The notes under the pieces are model-generated. The model worked only from the letters and a program-made list of their open reading frames with translations, was not told the DNA's origin and ran no database searches. From positions 287,432,001 through 287,496,000 of the forward strand of contig OZ024740.1 of NCBI GenBank assembly GCA_964016885.1: a stretch of 64,000 nt of DNA, written 5' to 3'. The DNA comes from Eledone cirrhosa (Eukaryota). The translations under genes were made by a program, and so were the position numbers. Below, piece by piece: positions 1 through 12,157 of the stretch. Within the stretch, counting starts at the first letter, position 1; each line of letters starts with the position of its first letter.

Positions 1-297
1 TGGGTGAAAGTGGCGAGAATGGCCCGAGTGAATGGGCCTTCTCTCTATATCAGCCTGTAGGTTGAGGAAAAGGAGGAGGAGAGGAAAGGAGTACAAGCTC
101 TTCGTACTCCTGGAGATGAGGGTTGCACATTTTTTTCGGGGGTATGTATTACCCATATAAACTGTCTCCCTCTATTGGGGAAAATCGACTAACTTTTAAA
201 TTCCATCTGTGATAACATTTTACACGTTTTTATTGTATGTAAACTTCCCCCTTTGTATTTGTCCCCTTCTTTTGTGCCCCTGTGGCTAATAAAGAAA
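1..297 (+). mobile_element. 3' end of a probable L1/Tx1-like LINE (ORF end plus 3' UTR)
   Basis: Frame 1 reads WVKVARMARVNGPSLYISL* (1-60), followed by a UTR ending in AATAAA and a (TA)n tail; clade assignment is from recalled similarity only. Confidence 0.4.
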
Positions 298-338
298 TAT
301 ATATATATTATATCATTTATTTACACAGAACAAAAATG

Positions 339-532
339 CTACCTAAGGTTTCAAGGCCCAATATTGACCATATCTCCAGAATGTAAGAGAGATAAAAATT
401 GTGACCTAAACTTCAACAGAAATGTAATATCAAATCCGTTGTGTATGAGGCAGTGTTGAAGATTAGGTCATAATTTTGATCCCTCTTACATTCTGCAGAT
501 ATGTCAATACTGGGCCTTGAAACTTTAGGTAG
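339..532. repeat. Imperfect inverted repeat with ~80-bp arms (PLE pLTR-like)
   Basis: 339-418 is the approximate reverse complement of 454-532; arms end in GAAAC(C/T)TTAGGTA. Confidence 0.8.
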
Positions 533-605
533 TTCCATGTATGCACATATATAAATAATATAATATATCAGCTCTCTTTTTGATTGCGCAGTTTTCCTTT
601 TTACA

Positions 606-747
<142 letters not shown>

Positions 748-787
748 ATAAAATATAGAAACCGTAGAAATGCTAGAGTGAAAGGAA

Positions 788-3700
788 ATTGATGTATGCT
801 GTGTGCAAGAGACTAGATGGAGAAGAGAGTCTGCTAGAGTCCTTGTAGGAAAAAGTCGGTGCTACAAATTTTTCTGGGTGGGAAATGACGATGGGATCGG
901 TGGTGTAGGCATACTACTAGCTGACAAGTGGGTAGATAAAGTAATCTCAGTGTACAGGGTAAATGCAAGAATCATTAAACTCAGACTAGTCCTGAATAAA
1001 ACAATTACCACAATAATATCAGCTTACGCACCCCAATCGGGGTTGCCAGACGAACTTAAGGATAGGTTTTACGAGTCCCTAATGCACACTACTGCTCTAA
1101 CAAACGACAATGACTTCCTAATCATCGCAGGAGATTTTAACGGACACGTAGGTAAACACTGCGACGGCTTCAATAGAGTCCATGGAGGCCATGGGGTTGG
1201 CACAAGAAATGAGGAAGGATTCAGACTTCTAGAATTCTGTGACGCCAATGACATGTCGATATGTAACACAAACTTCAAAACCCCGACAACCACCTGATCA
1301 CCTATAGATCAGGGGAGCACTCTAGTCAGATAGATTTTATCCTCATCAGAGGACGTGACAGATGGACGGTCGTAAATACAAAAGCCTTCCCTAGTGAGGA
1401 ATGTACATCCCAACATAGCTTAGTTGTCAGCGACCTCACAGTCAGAACTAGACGAACCTGGAAACAGAGGCCAACCTGGAGAGAAAGATCTGGAAGCTGA
1501 AAGACCCCTCAACCAGTAACAGATTTAAAGATATTTTACTCAACGCCTACAACAGTAAAGAAGAACAGATAGAGACATTCAATGTAGAAGAGAACTGGGA
1601 GTTCCTAAAAAATAACTTACTAGAGGCGACGGATGAGGTCTGTGGCTGGAGTAAGACCTCAAGCAGGAGGAGAGTGACTTGATGGTGGAACAATAAGGTA
1701 GATGAGGCAGTTAAGGCCAAGAGACAGGCATGGAAAGAATGGAAGAACGGAGGGAGCAGGGTACATTACATAGAGACCAACAGGGAAGCTAGGCGACAAG
1801 TATACTTAGCTAGGAGGGAAGCAGAGGATAGAAAATTCAAGCATGTTTTGCAACGTGATGACCAGAAACAGGAGGTGTTCAAGATTGCGAGGCAGTGTGT
1901 CAGAGAGAATTGTGATGTCATTGGAGAGAAGTGTATCCGGAATGATAAAGGTGAGCTTGCCCTCACAAGTAATGAGAAGAAAGATGCATGGAAGAGTCAT
2001 TATGATAGATTACTAAATGAGGAGAATGCATGGGAAGAGACCCTACCCCAAGTAGACCCTATAGAGGGGCCAGCAGTACAAGTCAGCAGCAGCGTAATAA
2101 GTAAGGCAATCAAAGATATGAAGATGGGGAAGGCAACCGGTCCATCGGGTATAGCTGCCGAGATGCTGAAGGCATCTGGGTCTGTAGGTCACACTATAAC
2201 CACACGTATTGTTAATCAGGTAATACTAGGTGTGATACCAAAAGATTGGTACAGTAGCATCATTGTCAACTGCTACAAAGGTAAAGGTGATGCACTAGAT
2301 AGAGGAAACTATAGAGGTATAAAGCTGATGGACCAGGTCATGAAAATAACAGAAAGAGTTATAGCACAGTTGATTAGGGACCGGGTGAAACTAGACGAGA
2401 TGCAATTTGGGTTTGTACGAGGAAGAGGCACCACTGATGCCCTCTTCCTTGTCAGGAAAAGTACCTAGCTAAAAGTAAGCCACTCTACCTGGCATTTGTC
2501 GACCTTGAGAAAGCCTTTGACAGAGTTCCACGTGCTGTAATCTGGTGGGCTCTTAGAAAACTAGGAGTAGATGAATGGCTTGTGAAAGCGGTACAAGCTA
2601 TGTATAGGGGAGCAGTCAGCAAAGTTAGGATTAGCAATGAGTATAGCGAGAAATTTAGCGTACAGGTTGGGGTCCACCAGGGCTCTGTTCTTAGCCCCCT
2701 CCTGTTCATCATAGTCCTGCAGTGGTATGTTACTAGAACCATTAATTTGTTAAATGTGGCATGATGTAAAAGCACCTAAGTAATTATAAAATATAATTAA
2801 CCCTATGCTGTACTAATTACTGCAGGAAACAATTATATTCATATTAAACGAATGTAGGCTTCACATGCAGCAGCTGTGCTGGGACAGCAAGCAGCAAACA
2901 GCCACAGGAAACAAGTACCACCAATCTCTGGGAGGGCTCTGTAGAAACAGTAGACAGCTTCTGCTACCTAGGTGACCGAATTAGCAGCGGAAGTGGGTGT
3001 TCAGAAAGTACAATAACTAGGGTAAGAACGGGATGGAAGAAGTTTAGGGAACTACTACCACTGCTAGCTGCAAAAGGCTTTTCCCTCAAAATGAAAGGCA
3101 GACTGTATGATGCGTGTATCCGAACAGCGATGTTGCATGGTAGTGAGACCTGGGCACTGAAGGTGGGAGACTTACGTAGATTAGAGAGAAACGAAGCCTG
3201 CATGCTCCGATGGATGTGTAATAGTAATATACGCGAACGACAAAGCATAAATGAATTGAGAGAGAGACTGAGCATAAGAGGAATCAAATGCTGTGTGCAG
3301 GAGAGGCGGTTGCGTTGGTATGGACATGTGATGCGTATGAAGGATGACAGCTGCATAAAAAGGTGCAGAGCACTAGAAGTCGATGGAAACCGCGGAGTGG
3401 GGAGATCCAAGATGACCTGGGATGAGGTCATAAAAGCCGACCTTACCCAATTACACCTCTCAAAGGCGATGACACACGACCGTGACCTCTGGCGTCACGC
3501 AGTAATTCAGAGTACCCGACCTCCCATAGGTACAAGCTGAAGCATATAGACAATATGCCCCCACGCCCCCCACTGCAAGGTGGTCGTGGAGGTGCCATGG
3601 CAAAAAAGCACCCAGCCCACACTGTAAAGTGGACGTGTAGCCGCCACGAAAAAGCACCCAGCACTTACTGTAACTGAGGTTGGTGTTAGGAAGGGCATCC

Positions 3701-3835
3701 AGCTGTAGAAATCAAGCCAAATCAGTTCCTGTATGAGCAAGGCATGGTCAGCCGACCAGACACTGCCCACAACAGGACAACCCGTCTAACCCATGCTAGC
3801 GTGGAAGAACGGACGTAAAAAGGTGATGATGATGA
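788..3835 (+). mobile_element. RTE LINE family A, decayed ORF2 (APE endonuclease + RT) with Ceph-type 3' UTR
   Basis: APE motifs CVQETRW, SAYAPQ, GDFNGHVG; RT motifs NYRGIKLM, QFGF, AFVDLEKAFD, QGSVLSPLLF; RRLRWYGHV; frameshifts and stops; (GAT)n tail. Confidence 0.95.
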
Positions 3836-3891
3836 AAATAATTAAGTCAAATATGTAAAATTTGGCTTCGTTTATTATAAATTATAGATAT

Positions 3892-3946
3892 ACTGCTATA
3901 TATATTTCAGTGACAGCCATCATTGGCTGTGACCTCTTCAGGCAGT
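3892..3946 (-). ncRNA. Type I hammerhead ribozyme, intact core, in a PLE pLTR-like fragment (~3836-4061)
   Basis: Minus strand ACUGC-CUGAAGA-GGUCACAGCCA(AUGA)UGGCUGUCACU-GAAA-UAUAUA-UA/GCAGU: 5-bp stem I, long stem II, palindromic stem III, AAUAAA downstream. Confidence 0.85.
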
Positions 3947-4498
3947 CCGAATTGGTGTGGGAAAGACTGGTACATATGTTGTTGAAGTGTGTTTTACTCC
4001 GTCAATACATCGACAAGTCCAGCTCCTGGTTGTGTTGTTATTCCTCTGAGGAACTGGAATCATATATATATATATATATATTTAACAGTGATGATGATGA
4101 TGATACATGTGTGTCTGTGTGTGTATGTATACATATATATATGTACAAGCAAACATGTGCATTCATTCATGTGTGTGTATATATGCTTATTTCTATGTAT
4201 GCATGTGTCTGTGAATATTTCCATTCCTAATAATTAGGCCTATGTATATTTGTGTATACACTTGTGTGTGTATATGTGTGCATGATTTTGTTTTTACAAT
4301 TGTTACTTAATAATTAGTGTTTGTTATAGATAATTAATACTTTGATATATTTTCTAGGTGATTTACATTTGGTCTCTCCAGGTATTATGCATTTAGGTGT
4401 CTCTGGGATGTTTTTTTTTTGTTAGCTGGTTTAGTTGGTTTGTTGTTCAGTTGGTGTTGGTATGTTATTCCATCACTACTATTTTCACTGTTGTTGTA

Positions 4499-4790
4499 TC
4501 CAGATAGCTCATTTGGTAGAGCATAAGACTTTATCTCAGGGTTGTAGATTTCAGCCCTACATTGAGAGGAATATTTTTAGGTATGTGTGTATCCCAACTT
4601 TTAGAAGAAATATACTACATCGTTGCATGTTGTAAGAGGCGACTAAAAGGGTTGGCATCATGAAGGACATCTAGTTATAAAACATTGTCTCGAAACATCC
4701 AGTCAAACCCATGCTAGCATGGAAAAGTGGCCATAAAAAACAATGATGATGATAATGACGATAATGATGATGGAGATGATGATAATAATG
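4499..4790 (+). mobile_element. tRNA(Lys)-derived SINE with RTE-type 3' tail
   Basis: Head ATAGCTCATTTGGTAGAGCATAAGACTTTATCTCAGGGTTGTAG; GTTGTAAGAGGCGACTAAA motif; CCCATGCTAGCATGG hairpin; (GAT)n. Confidence 0.7.
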
Positions 4791-5135
4791 CGTGATCAGC
4801 TCTGTGCTGCTTTAAACGTATCTTGGAGGGAACACCCAACAAATAAGGATCTCTATGGCAATATACCACCTATCAGCAAGTCAATACGTAAATAGAGACT
4901 CAGATTTGCTGGCCACTGTTGGCGCAGCAAGGAAGAAATAGCAGGCGATGTATTGTTATGGAGTCCACCTCATGGAGCAAGAAACGCTGGTCGTCCCAAG
5001 AAAACATACGTCAAGCAACTTGAGAACGATACTGGATGCACTGCGAAAGAACTGGCAAACGCTATGAGAGACAGAGATGGATGGAGGAAACGTGTCAGAG
5101 AAGGCCGAGCAAGCTCGACCTGATGATGATGATGA
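4791..5135 (+). mobile_element. 3' fragment of a distinct RTE/RTE-X LINE
   Basis: Translates AALNVSWREHPTNKDLYGNIPP...RLRFAGHCWRS...GRPKKTY...RDRDGWR with frameshifts; (TGA)n tail. Confidence 0.85.
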
Positions 5136-5251
5136 GCTGTCTACCCTCTTTTTAGTCACAATGATTTAAAACAAAAGAACATTCATACTGGTGTTTGCAA
5201 TGTGGTATTCATTTTCATTTCCTTCTCCTTGTCGTTGTCACCACTGCCGCC

Positions 5252-5818
5252 GCTGAGAGGGCTATGGGGATAGAGTCCTTAAAACACTCCTTCCAGTAGG
5301 TTCTGTCAAAATCAACCATCTCCAACTGATCTGGCTGGACCCCCAAGTGAGACGAGTCCAGCTCATGGATATTATTCTACCATCTTACTCGGGGTCTACT
5401 CCTGGGTCTCCTGCCGGTTAGTGTTACCTGTAAAATCTGTCCAGCGATCCTTTCCCGAAACATTCTAACTACATGTTCATAGTATTGGAGCTGTGATTTC
5501 TCAATTCTCTATCTGGAGTGATTCTCTGATTTCCAAGTTATGCACTCTATCGAGTAAAGCTACTCCAAAGACCCTTCAGAGAACCCCCATTTTGGCCGCT
5601 TGTATTCACGATTGTATTCTTTCAGTCATTACTCAAGATTCATGACCATAGGAAAGGGTTGGCACGAATACCGAATTGAAGATAACAAGTTTGGCTTTTA
5701 CACCTACCTCCCATCTTCTAATTACCAAATGCTGAAGCTGGTGTATTACTGCACCAGCTCCTGTAATTCTTGCACTTAATTCAGCCTCCTGCCTTCCATG
5801 ACACGAGAACACAGCCCT
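5252..5818 (-). mobile_element. 3' fragment of RTE family C
   Basis: Minus-strand RIQAAKMG and WTRLTWG/QPDQLEMV-type C-terminal text; a sister copy lies at 59165-59300 (+). Confidence 0.7.
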
Positions 5819-6759
5819 GCACTTTATTTATACAGCTGTTGTCCTTCATACACATCACATGTCCATACCAACGCAATCTCCTCTCCTGCGCACAACATTT
5901 GATACCTCTTATGCTTATATAAATGTATAATTTTCATTTTATAATATATTTGTATGGAGGATATGTAGTGTAATAATCAACAAATGGTGAGAGGACTCTG
6001 AATCTGTTGAAGAGCTACATAATAATGATATTACAGGACACTAGTTTTTCTTTAAACAGGACATAAACAATCATGACCACCTGCACTGGAGGTGTCAAAT
6101 GTGAAACAAAAAAACAGAGACAAATACATATGCACACATACATATATGTGTGTGTGTGTGTATGTACATATGTACATGCATATGCATACACAATGATTGG
6201 TGACATGCAGTACTGGAGAAAACCTGCTAACCTGTATAAAAACAAGCTACCCCCCTATGTTCCTATAAACCCCTCCATTTCTCTTATAGTATCCATTAAC
6301 CCCATGTATTCCTCCCTCAAACACATCACCTATCACTGCCATTTAGCAGATGGGGTATAGCCTGTTCATACCCAACTCTCACACTCCAACCATCTCTCTT
6401 TAGTAACTATTCTTATCATCACTACCCCCTCCACTCTATCCTACATTACTGAGTGGCAACTATGTTAGCGGATATGACCTCTGGCCCGGCCATACCCAAC
6501 CCCTCAATCATCGCTCTTTAGTAACTATTCTCATCATCATTATACCTCTCCTCTCTATCCTACATTACTCCCACCCCATTTTCTACCTTACATTATCCTG
6601 TTAAATTCCACCACACTTGTCATATATCCATGACATCATACTTGCCATATTTATTCCCACCCCCTAAACATGGCTGCCTTTTGACAAGGCATCAGCACCT
6701 CTCCTCCCCATAGAGTAAAGAGGGCTCTTCAGCCAAGTCAACAATGACAACTGTTAACC

Positions 6760-7095
6760 TCTCTTCTGTTGCAACATGATAAAATGCACCCTGTACACTC
6801 TGTAAAGTGGTTGGCATTAAGAAGGCTATTGAGCTATAAAATCCATGCCAAACAAAAGGTTGAGACAACTCTATAGTTGCGGCAAGGAGATAACCTCCCT
6901 AGTGTTGAGACCATGATAAAATGCACTCAGTACACTCTGTAAAGTGGTTGGTGATAGAAAGGGCATCGAGTTGAAGAAACCATGCCAAAACTAGAATGTA
7001 TGAGAAGACAGTAGCTCAGATTAAGTCCTGACTGGTCTGTGATGATCCCTCCAGCCCATGTCAGCATGGAAAAATGGCCGCTAAATGATGATGAT
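6760..7095 (+). mobile_element. Old Ceph-domain element with RTE tail (two Ceph copies); similar pieces at 9180-9343 and 15740-16080
   Basis: TAAAATGCACxCxGTACACTCTGTAAAGTGGTTGG..AGAAGG.CATC motif twice; CCCATG..AGCATGG hairpin; (GAT)n. Confidence 0.7.
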
Positions 7096-7275
7096 ACATT
7101 ATAATCATTGGTTTTAAGTCAGTTTCTCATACTGGCATTAATTGGATGAGACTAGGATTTTCATATGTCTAACCACTAAGCCATTGGACTTTTGTTTACA
7201 AGGGATATAAATAAATATCTCTGATTGCACTAGCAACGTATATGAAGAGATGAGAAGAGACAACACACATAGTCA

Positions 7276-7276
<1 letters not shown>

Positions 7277-7309
<33 letters not shown>

Positions 7310-7310
7310 C

Positions 7311-7399
<89 letters not shown>

Positions 7400-7400
7400 C

Positions 7401-7433
<33 letters not shown>

Positions 7434-7445
7434 CACATACATACA

Positions 7446-7479
<34 letters not shown>

Positions 7480-7506
7480 CACATACATACATATACATAT
7501 ATATAT

Positions 7507-7537
<31 letters not shown>

Positions 7538-7640
7538 CATACATACTATATATATACATACATATATATATATATATATACATACATACTATATATATAC
7601 ATACATATATATATATATACATACATATATATATATATAC

Positions 7641-7695
<55 letters not shown>

Positions 7696-7726
7696 CATAC
7701 ATATATATATATATACATATATACAT

Positions 7727-7773
<47 letters not shown>

Positions 7774-7785
7774 CATATATATATA

Positions 7786-7816
<31 letters not shown>

Positions 7817-8061
7817 ATACATATACATATATACATACATATACATATATATATATATACATATATACATATATACATATATACATATACACATACATAT
7901 ACATATATATATATATATATACATATACACATACATATACATATATATATATACATACATACATATATATATACATATATATATATACATACATACATAT
8001 ATATATATATACATATACATATATATATATACATACATACATATATATATACATATACATA
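7277..8061. repeat. ~780-bp (TA)n/(CATA)n simple-repeat array
   Basis: Seen directly; accounts for the Y/I/H/M-rich ORFs. Confidence 0.98.
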
Positions 8062-8670
8062 TGGTGGCTGCCAACTCGTTTTCGAGTACGGCCACTACTT
8101 TATATCCATGTAGGAGAACCCCTACCGATGCGCTGAACGAATGTGACTTTTTAGTCCAGCCAGCGACTTGAAAACTCTGGTGCAAAGACTACACTTGTGA
8201 CCATTATTGACACATAGTGCAGGGCCCATGGTACCATGTGATGACAAGTGCAGAGAGATCTCCAGATATAAAGCAATGCCTGTGCTGTGAAGCTTTTATA
8301 GTGAGCAAAGGCACTGCACAAAGCCAGTCCCACTCTCTTAACCAAGATGATATTTACCAAAAAGAAGAACAAGTCAACATCATTGGATACCATCAGGGTT
8401 GCAGGTGTTATATCAGAGTTTTCCTTCTCCTAGAATTCTGCCTTGACAAAGGCTAAGGGGTCATCTCTCCCGGTAATTTTGGATGGCTATTGACTCTTAA
8501 GAGCTCCCTTGCCCTTTGACAGGTTTTGTTTTTAGTCCTGCAGGATGTCCAAAGTCACCCTCCTCACCAAGAAACCTTGGTGGGGTTGCCAGTTTAGTCG
8601 CCAACGACCCGACCATGAGACAGGTTGTACTGGGATACATGTTACCAGTAGCACCAACTGGTGACCTGAC
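8061..8670 (-). mobile_element. Bipartite (internally deleted) non-autonomous RTE: 5' UTR joined to C-terminal C2H2 finger and 3' end
   Basis: 5' UTR motif CTAGGAGAAGGAAAACTC, similar to RTE-B 5' UTR at 30700-30950; 8208-8122 encodes [28 protein letters not shown]. Confidence 0.7.
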
Positions 8671-8686
8671 ATAAACATATATATAT

Positions 8687-8717
<31 letters not shown>

Positions 8718-8761
8718 CATACATACTATATACATATATATATATACATACATACATACAT

Positions 8762-8802
<41 letters not shown>

Positions 8803-8829
8803 CATATATAGATATATATAGATATCATA

Positions 8830-9150
8830 AAGACCCCCTTCGGTCATGAATGACCATGGGATTTGCATATAGAAAGTTCCCCCTCTGTCCGGGCAAGGCT
8901 ATTTATGGAAGATCAGCAGTCGCCCATGCTTACCAGTTGCCCCTCTCCATGCCACTGATGATGTCCAGGGGAAAGGCAATGGCTGATACAACTCGGCACT
9001 AGTGACGGCGCAACTCATTTCTCCAGCTGAGTAAACTGGAGCAACGTGAAATAAAGTGTCTTGCTCAAGAACACAATGAATCACCTGGTCCAAGAATTGC
9101 ACTCACAACCTCATGATAGCAAGTCCAATGCTCTAACCACTAAGCTATAT
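8830..9150 (-). mobile_element. tRNA-derived CORE-type SINE (same subfamily at 44936-45270)
   Basis: CORE-like CTTGAGCAAGACACTTTATTTCACGTTGCTCCAGTTTACTCAGCTG; shared tail CATGGTCATTCATGACCGAAGGGGGTC. Confidence 0.85.
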
Positions 9151-9585
9151 AGCTATATATATGTATATATATATAAACACATTGGCGTTAGGAAGGGCAT
9201 CCAGCTGCACAAACCAAAATCAGCCCTGGGTGAGCGAAACATGGTCCTTTGACCTGATCTTTACCAAAGGGTCAACCCATCCTACCCATGTTAGCATGGA
9301 AAATGGACATTAAACGATGATGATGATGATGATGATGATGATGTTGGGCTTTGTACAGTTTCCATTTACCAAATTCACTCACAAAGCATTGCTTGTCCTG
9401 AGGCTATAATAGAAAAGAGACATGTCTAGGGTTTCATGCAACGGGATAGAGCCCAAGGCTCCATGGTTGCAAAATTAACTCTGTAACCATACAGCCATGC
9501 TTGCATCTGCTTATAATGAATATTCTTTTTAATGTTCACACAAAATATTTGTTGAAAAAACAAAAACATTCCTTCATGGGGAAAA

Positions 9586-9709
9586 TTCTACTGGTACTTC
9601 TGTATTGAACGAAATAACACAGCTATATTTATAAGATACGTAAACAATTCTACTAGTACTTCTGTATTGAACAATATAACAAAACTATATTTATAAAATA
9701 CTTAAACAA
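9586..9709. repeat. Tandem duplication, 2 x 62 bp
   Basis: TTCTACT(G/A)GTACTTCTGTATTGAAC...TAAACAA repeated. Confidence 0.85.
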
Positions 9710-11304
9710 TATCTGAATCTCATTAGACAAAGAAAATTATACATATTCTCCAAGAGATAGGCTTCTTTCAACATTTTGACACAAAATTGATGGGCTAACA
9801 CATCAGCCTAGTTATCTTTTCATAAGAAATAACTCTCTCCAAGATATACATATAATCCATCTACAGTTAAATAAAACATGTGAAACATATGAGCACTGAG
9901 AGTCTTTAAAGTAATGATCTAGATGAGTTATAAGAACTGAGTGATAACACTTGACTTTGGCTTTTCTTGAGGTAATGTGATTTTTCTTTGGTCTCATTAA
10001 AATGTTTCAGTTTCCAATTACATACAAATTAGTGATGATACAGTGATTAAATAAGATGAAACTAGCAAAGTTGTTCCCATTATTTGAAGGAGGGTTGTGG
10101 TTTGGCTTTCAGTCAGCAAGCAAAACATAAGACCTCTTAAAGCTTAATGGTTATGAGCAAGGACATTCATCTTTGTAAATATCTTTACTGTCTATTCTTT
10201 AATGATATCAGTGTATCAGTTTAGTTGACTTCCTCTGTAGCTTCACGTAAGAGTGGATGTCTCAAGTACTCAAAATTACTGCATTGTTCCATTGTTATCA
10301 GATAAGTGGGACATAATGAAGTCTAAATAATAAGATACAAACTGACCGCTGTTCAGTGGTATGTTACTAGAACCATTAATTTGTTAAATGTGGCATGATG
10401 TAAAAGCACCTAAGTAATTATAAAATATAATTAACCCTATGCTGTACTAATTACTGCAGGAAACAATTATATTCATATTAAACGATAGTTTTATATGAAT
10501 ATAAAAAGAGAAAAAAATTTTTTTTAAATAAAAGGAAGGGAAGAAGTGATGGGGGAGTAGACTCTTCACACTTTGCTGGACAGTATATCCCAGCAGTGCC
10601 TCATGGACAAGATGGCAAAAGAATTGCCGCAGAGAACAGACAGTGCATCACACATTCCAACATGTGGGGACTCCTTCTTCCAGCGTGATGATCTCTTCCC
10701 AATCTGGCAGAGGAGGGCAGCAGTCCAAAAACCAATGATATCAGAAGTCTCAGTGGAGAGACAAACAAAGCAACTGTTCTAATCAGTATAGTAGAAGCAG
10801 GATGAACATATCAATGTAATGATAAAAGTAACTGTGATTATGTACAAAATATAAAATACAAATCAACTTGATATATATAAATATAATGCAGATAATTAGA
10901 GTGTTTATCCCTGAAGGTTATGTTGTAACGCCACAAGGATAATCTGGTTTAAGTGATCCAAAAGCATTCCACGTCAGTAGTGTATCTGCAGCAAAGTAAA
11001 TAAACAAATATATATATATATATATATATACATGGTGTTACGACAGGCAATGTCATGACAGCGCATCTATGACTCCATCAGTAGTTACAGATCCATACAT
11101 ATATAGCTTTAGTTCAGCTATATAAAATAATACAGTAACAAACTGTGATTTGTTAGATTATTATTTAATGGAGATTAAACATTGTGAGATGTGAGAAAAA
11201 CTATCTTCAGAGTGAAGATTATATTACAATGCATTATGAGAATTTCTCTGCTGCATAGTTAAATTAAGTCCAAAGTGAATGAACAAAAGAGAATATGCAA
11301 TCAC

Positions 11305-12150
11305 AGTTTTTCCCCAACTTTGGATGCCTTTGCTGCCTCTGCTGTGAGTCTTCATGCCAGCTTGTACTGAAAGTGCAAACCAAGCTTTGTAGGCTTCCTT
11401 CTTTGCTCAGATGGCATGTTTGACCTCGTGATTGAACCAAGAAGTTCTCCTGCCAACCTGTCTATGCCACACAAAGTCACTTTTGCCTGCAGCATTTAAC
11501 AGCCAAAGCAGTTTCAATGTCCTGAGTTTGCTCAGGGAGTTCTCTGAATTTAGATGCAATAGTATCTGCATACCTGGTCCTGACTTCCTTATCCACCAAT
11601 GCTTCCCACTCTATCCTGTAGGTTGACCTGGAGCTGCCAATTTGTTAGCTTCTTTGGTTTTAGGTAGTCTCAAGTCCAGATAATATATGGTGATCAGTTG
11701 ACAGCTCAGCTTCTCTCTTAACACGATCATCCAGCACAGAATTGAAGAGATCAGAGACAATAACAAAATCAAATATTGATCTCTGTCCCTGATTCCCCTT
11801 ATACCGTGTATATTTATGGATGTCTCTGTGCTGGAAGATGATGTTCATAATAGAAAGTCCATTGCTAGAACAGAAGTCTAATAAGGCCCCTCCATTCGTA
11901 TTTAGATTGGGATCGCTGTTCCTTCCAATCACTCCTTTCCACATCAGGTGGTCAGTGTCAACATGAGCATTAGGATATATGACTCAGTCTTAACTACATC
12001 TTTCACTGCAGTGACTACATCAAGGAAAAATCTGTATTCAAACTCCTTCTTTGGTGCATAAACTTGCACCAATCTCAGAGATGTTGATGTGCTCTTTAAT
12101 TCAAAGATGTAAGGGTCGAATAGTGCTGCCAATGTACAATTGGCTGCACT
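11305..12150 (-). mobile_element. Decayed RTE APE-domain fragment
   Basis: LVQVYAP; WKGVIGRNSDPNLNTNGGALLDFCSSNGLSIMN...SIFDFVIVS...LSTDHH. Confidence 0.85.
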
Positions 12151-12157
12151 TGTCACA

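Noticed and set aside
4499-4570. tRNA-Lys-like gene
   Set aside because: Broken T-arm and acceptor stem, and it continues into a SINE body; other tRNA-like heads are also SINEs
7196-8185. Long ORFs of up to 287 aa rich in Y/I/H/M/C
   Set aside because: Stop-free translation of (TA)n/(CATA)n; the same applies to ORFs near 580, 13800, 36900, 62600 and 63577
8951-8984. GCCA-CUGAUGA...GAAA...UGGC hammerhead-like match
   Set aside because: No stem III or UH site; the sister SINE copy at ~45065 lacks the core, so it is a chance match
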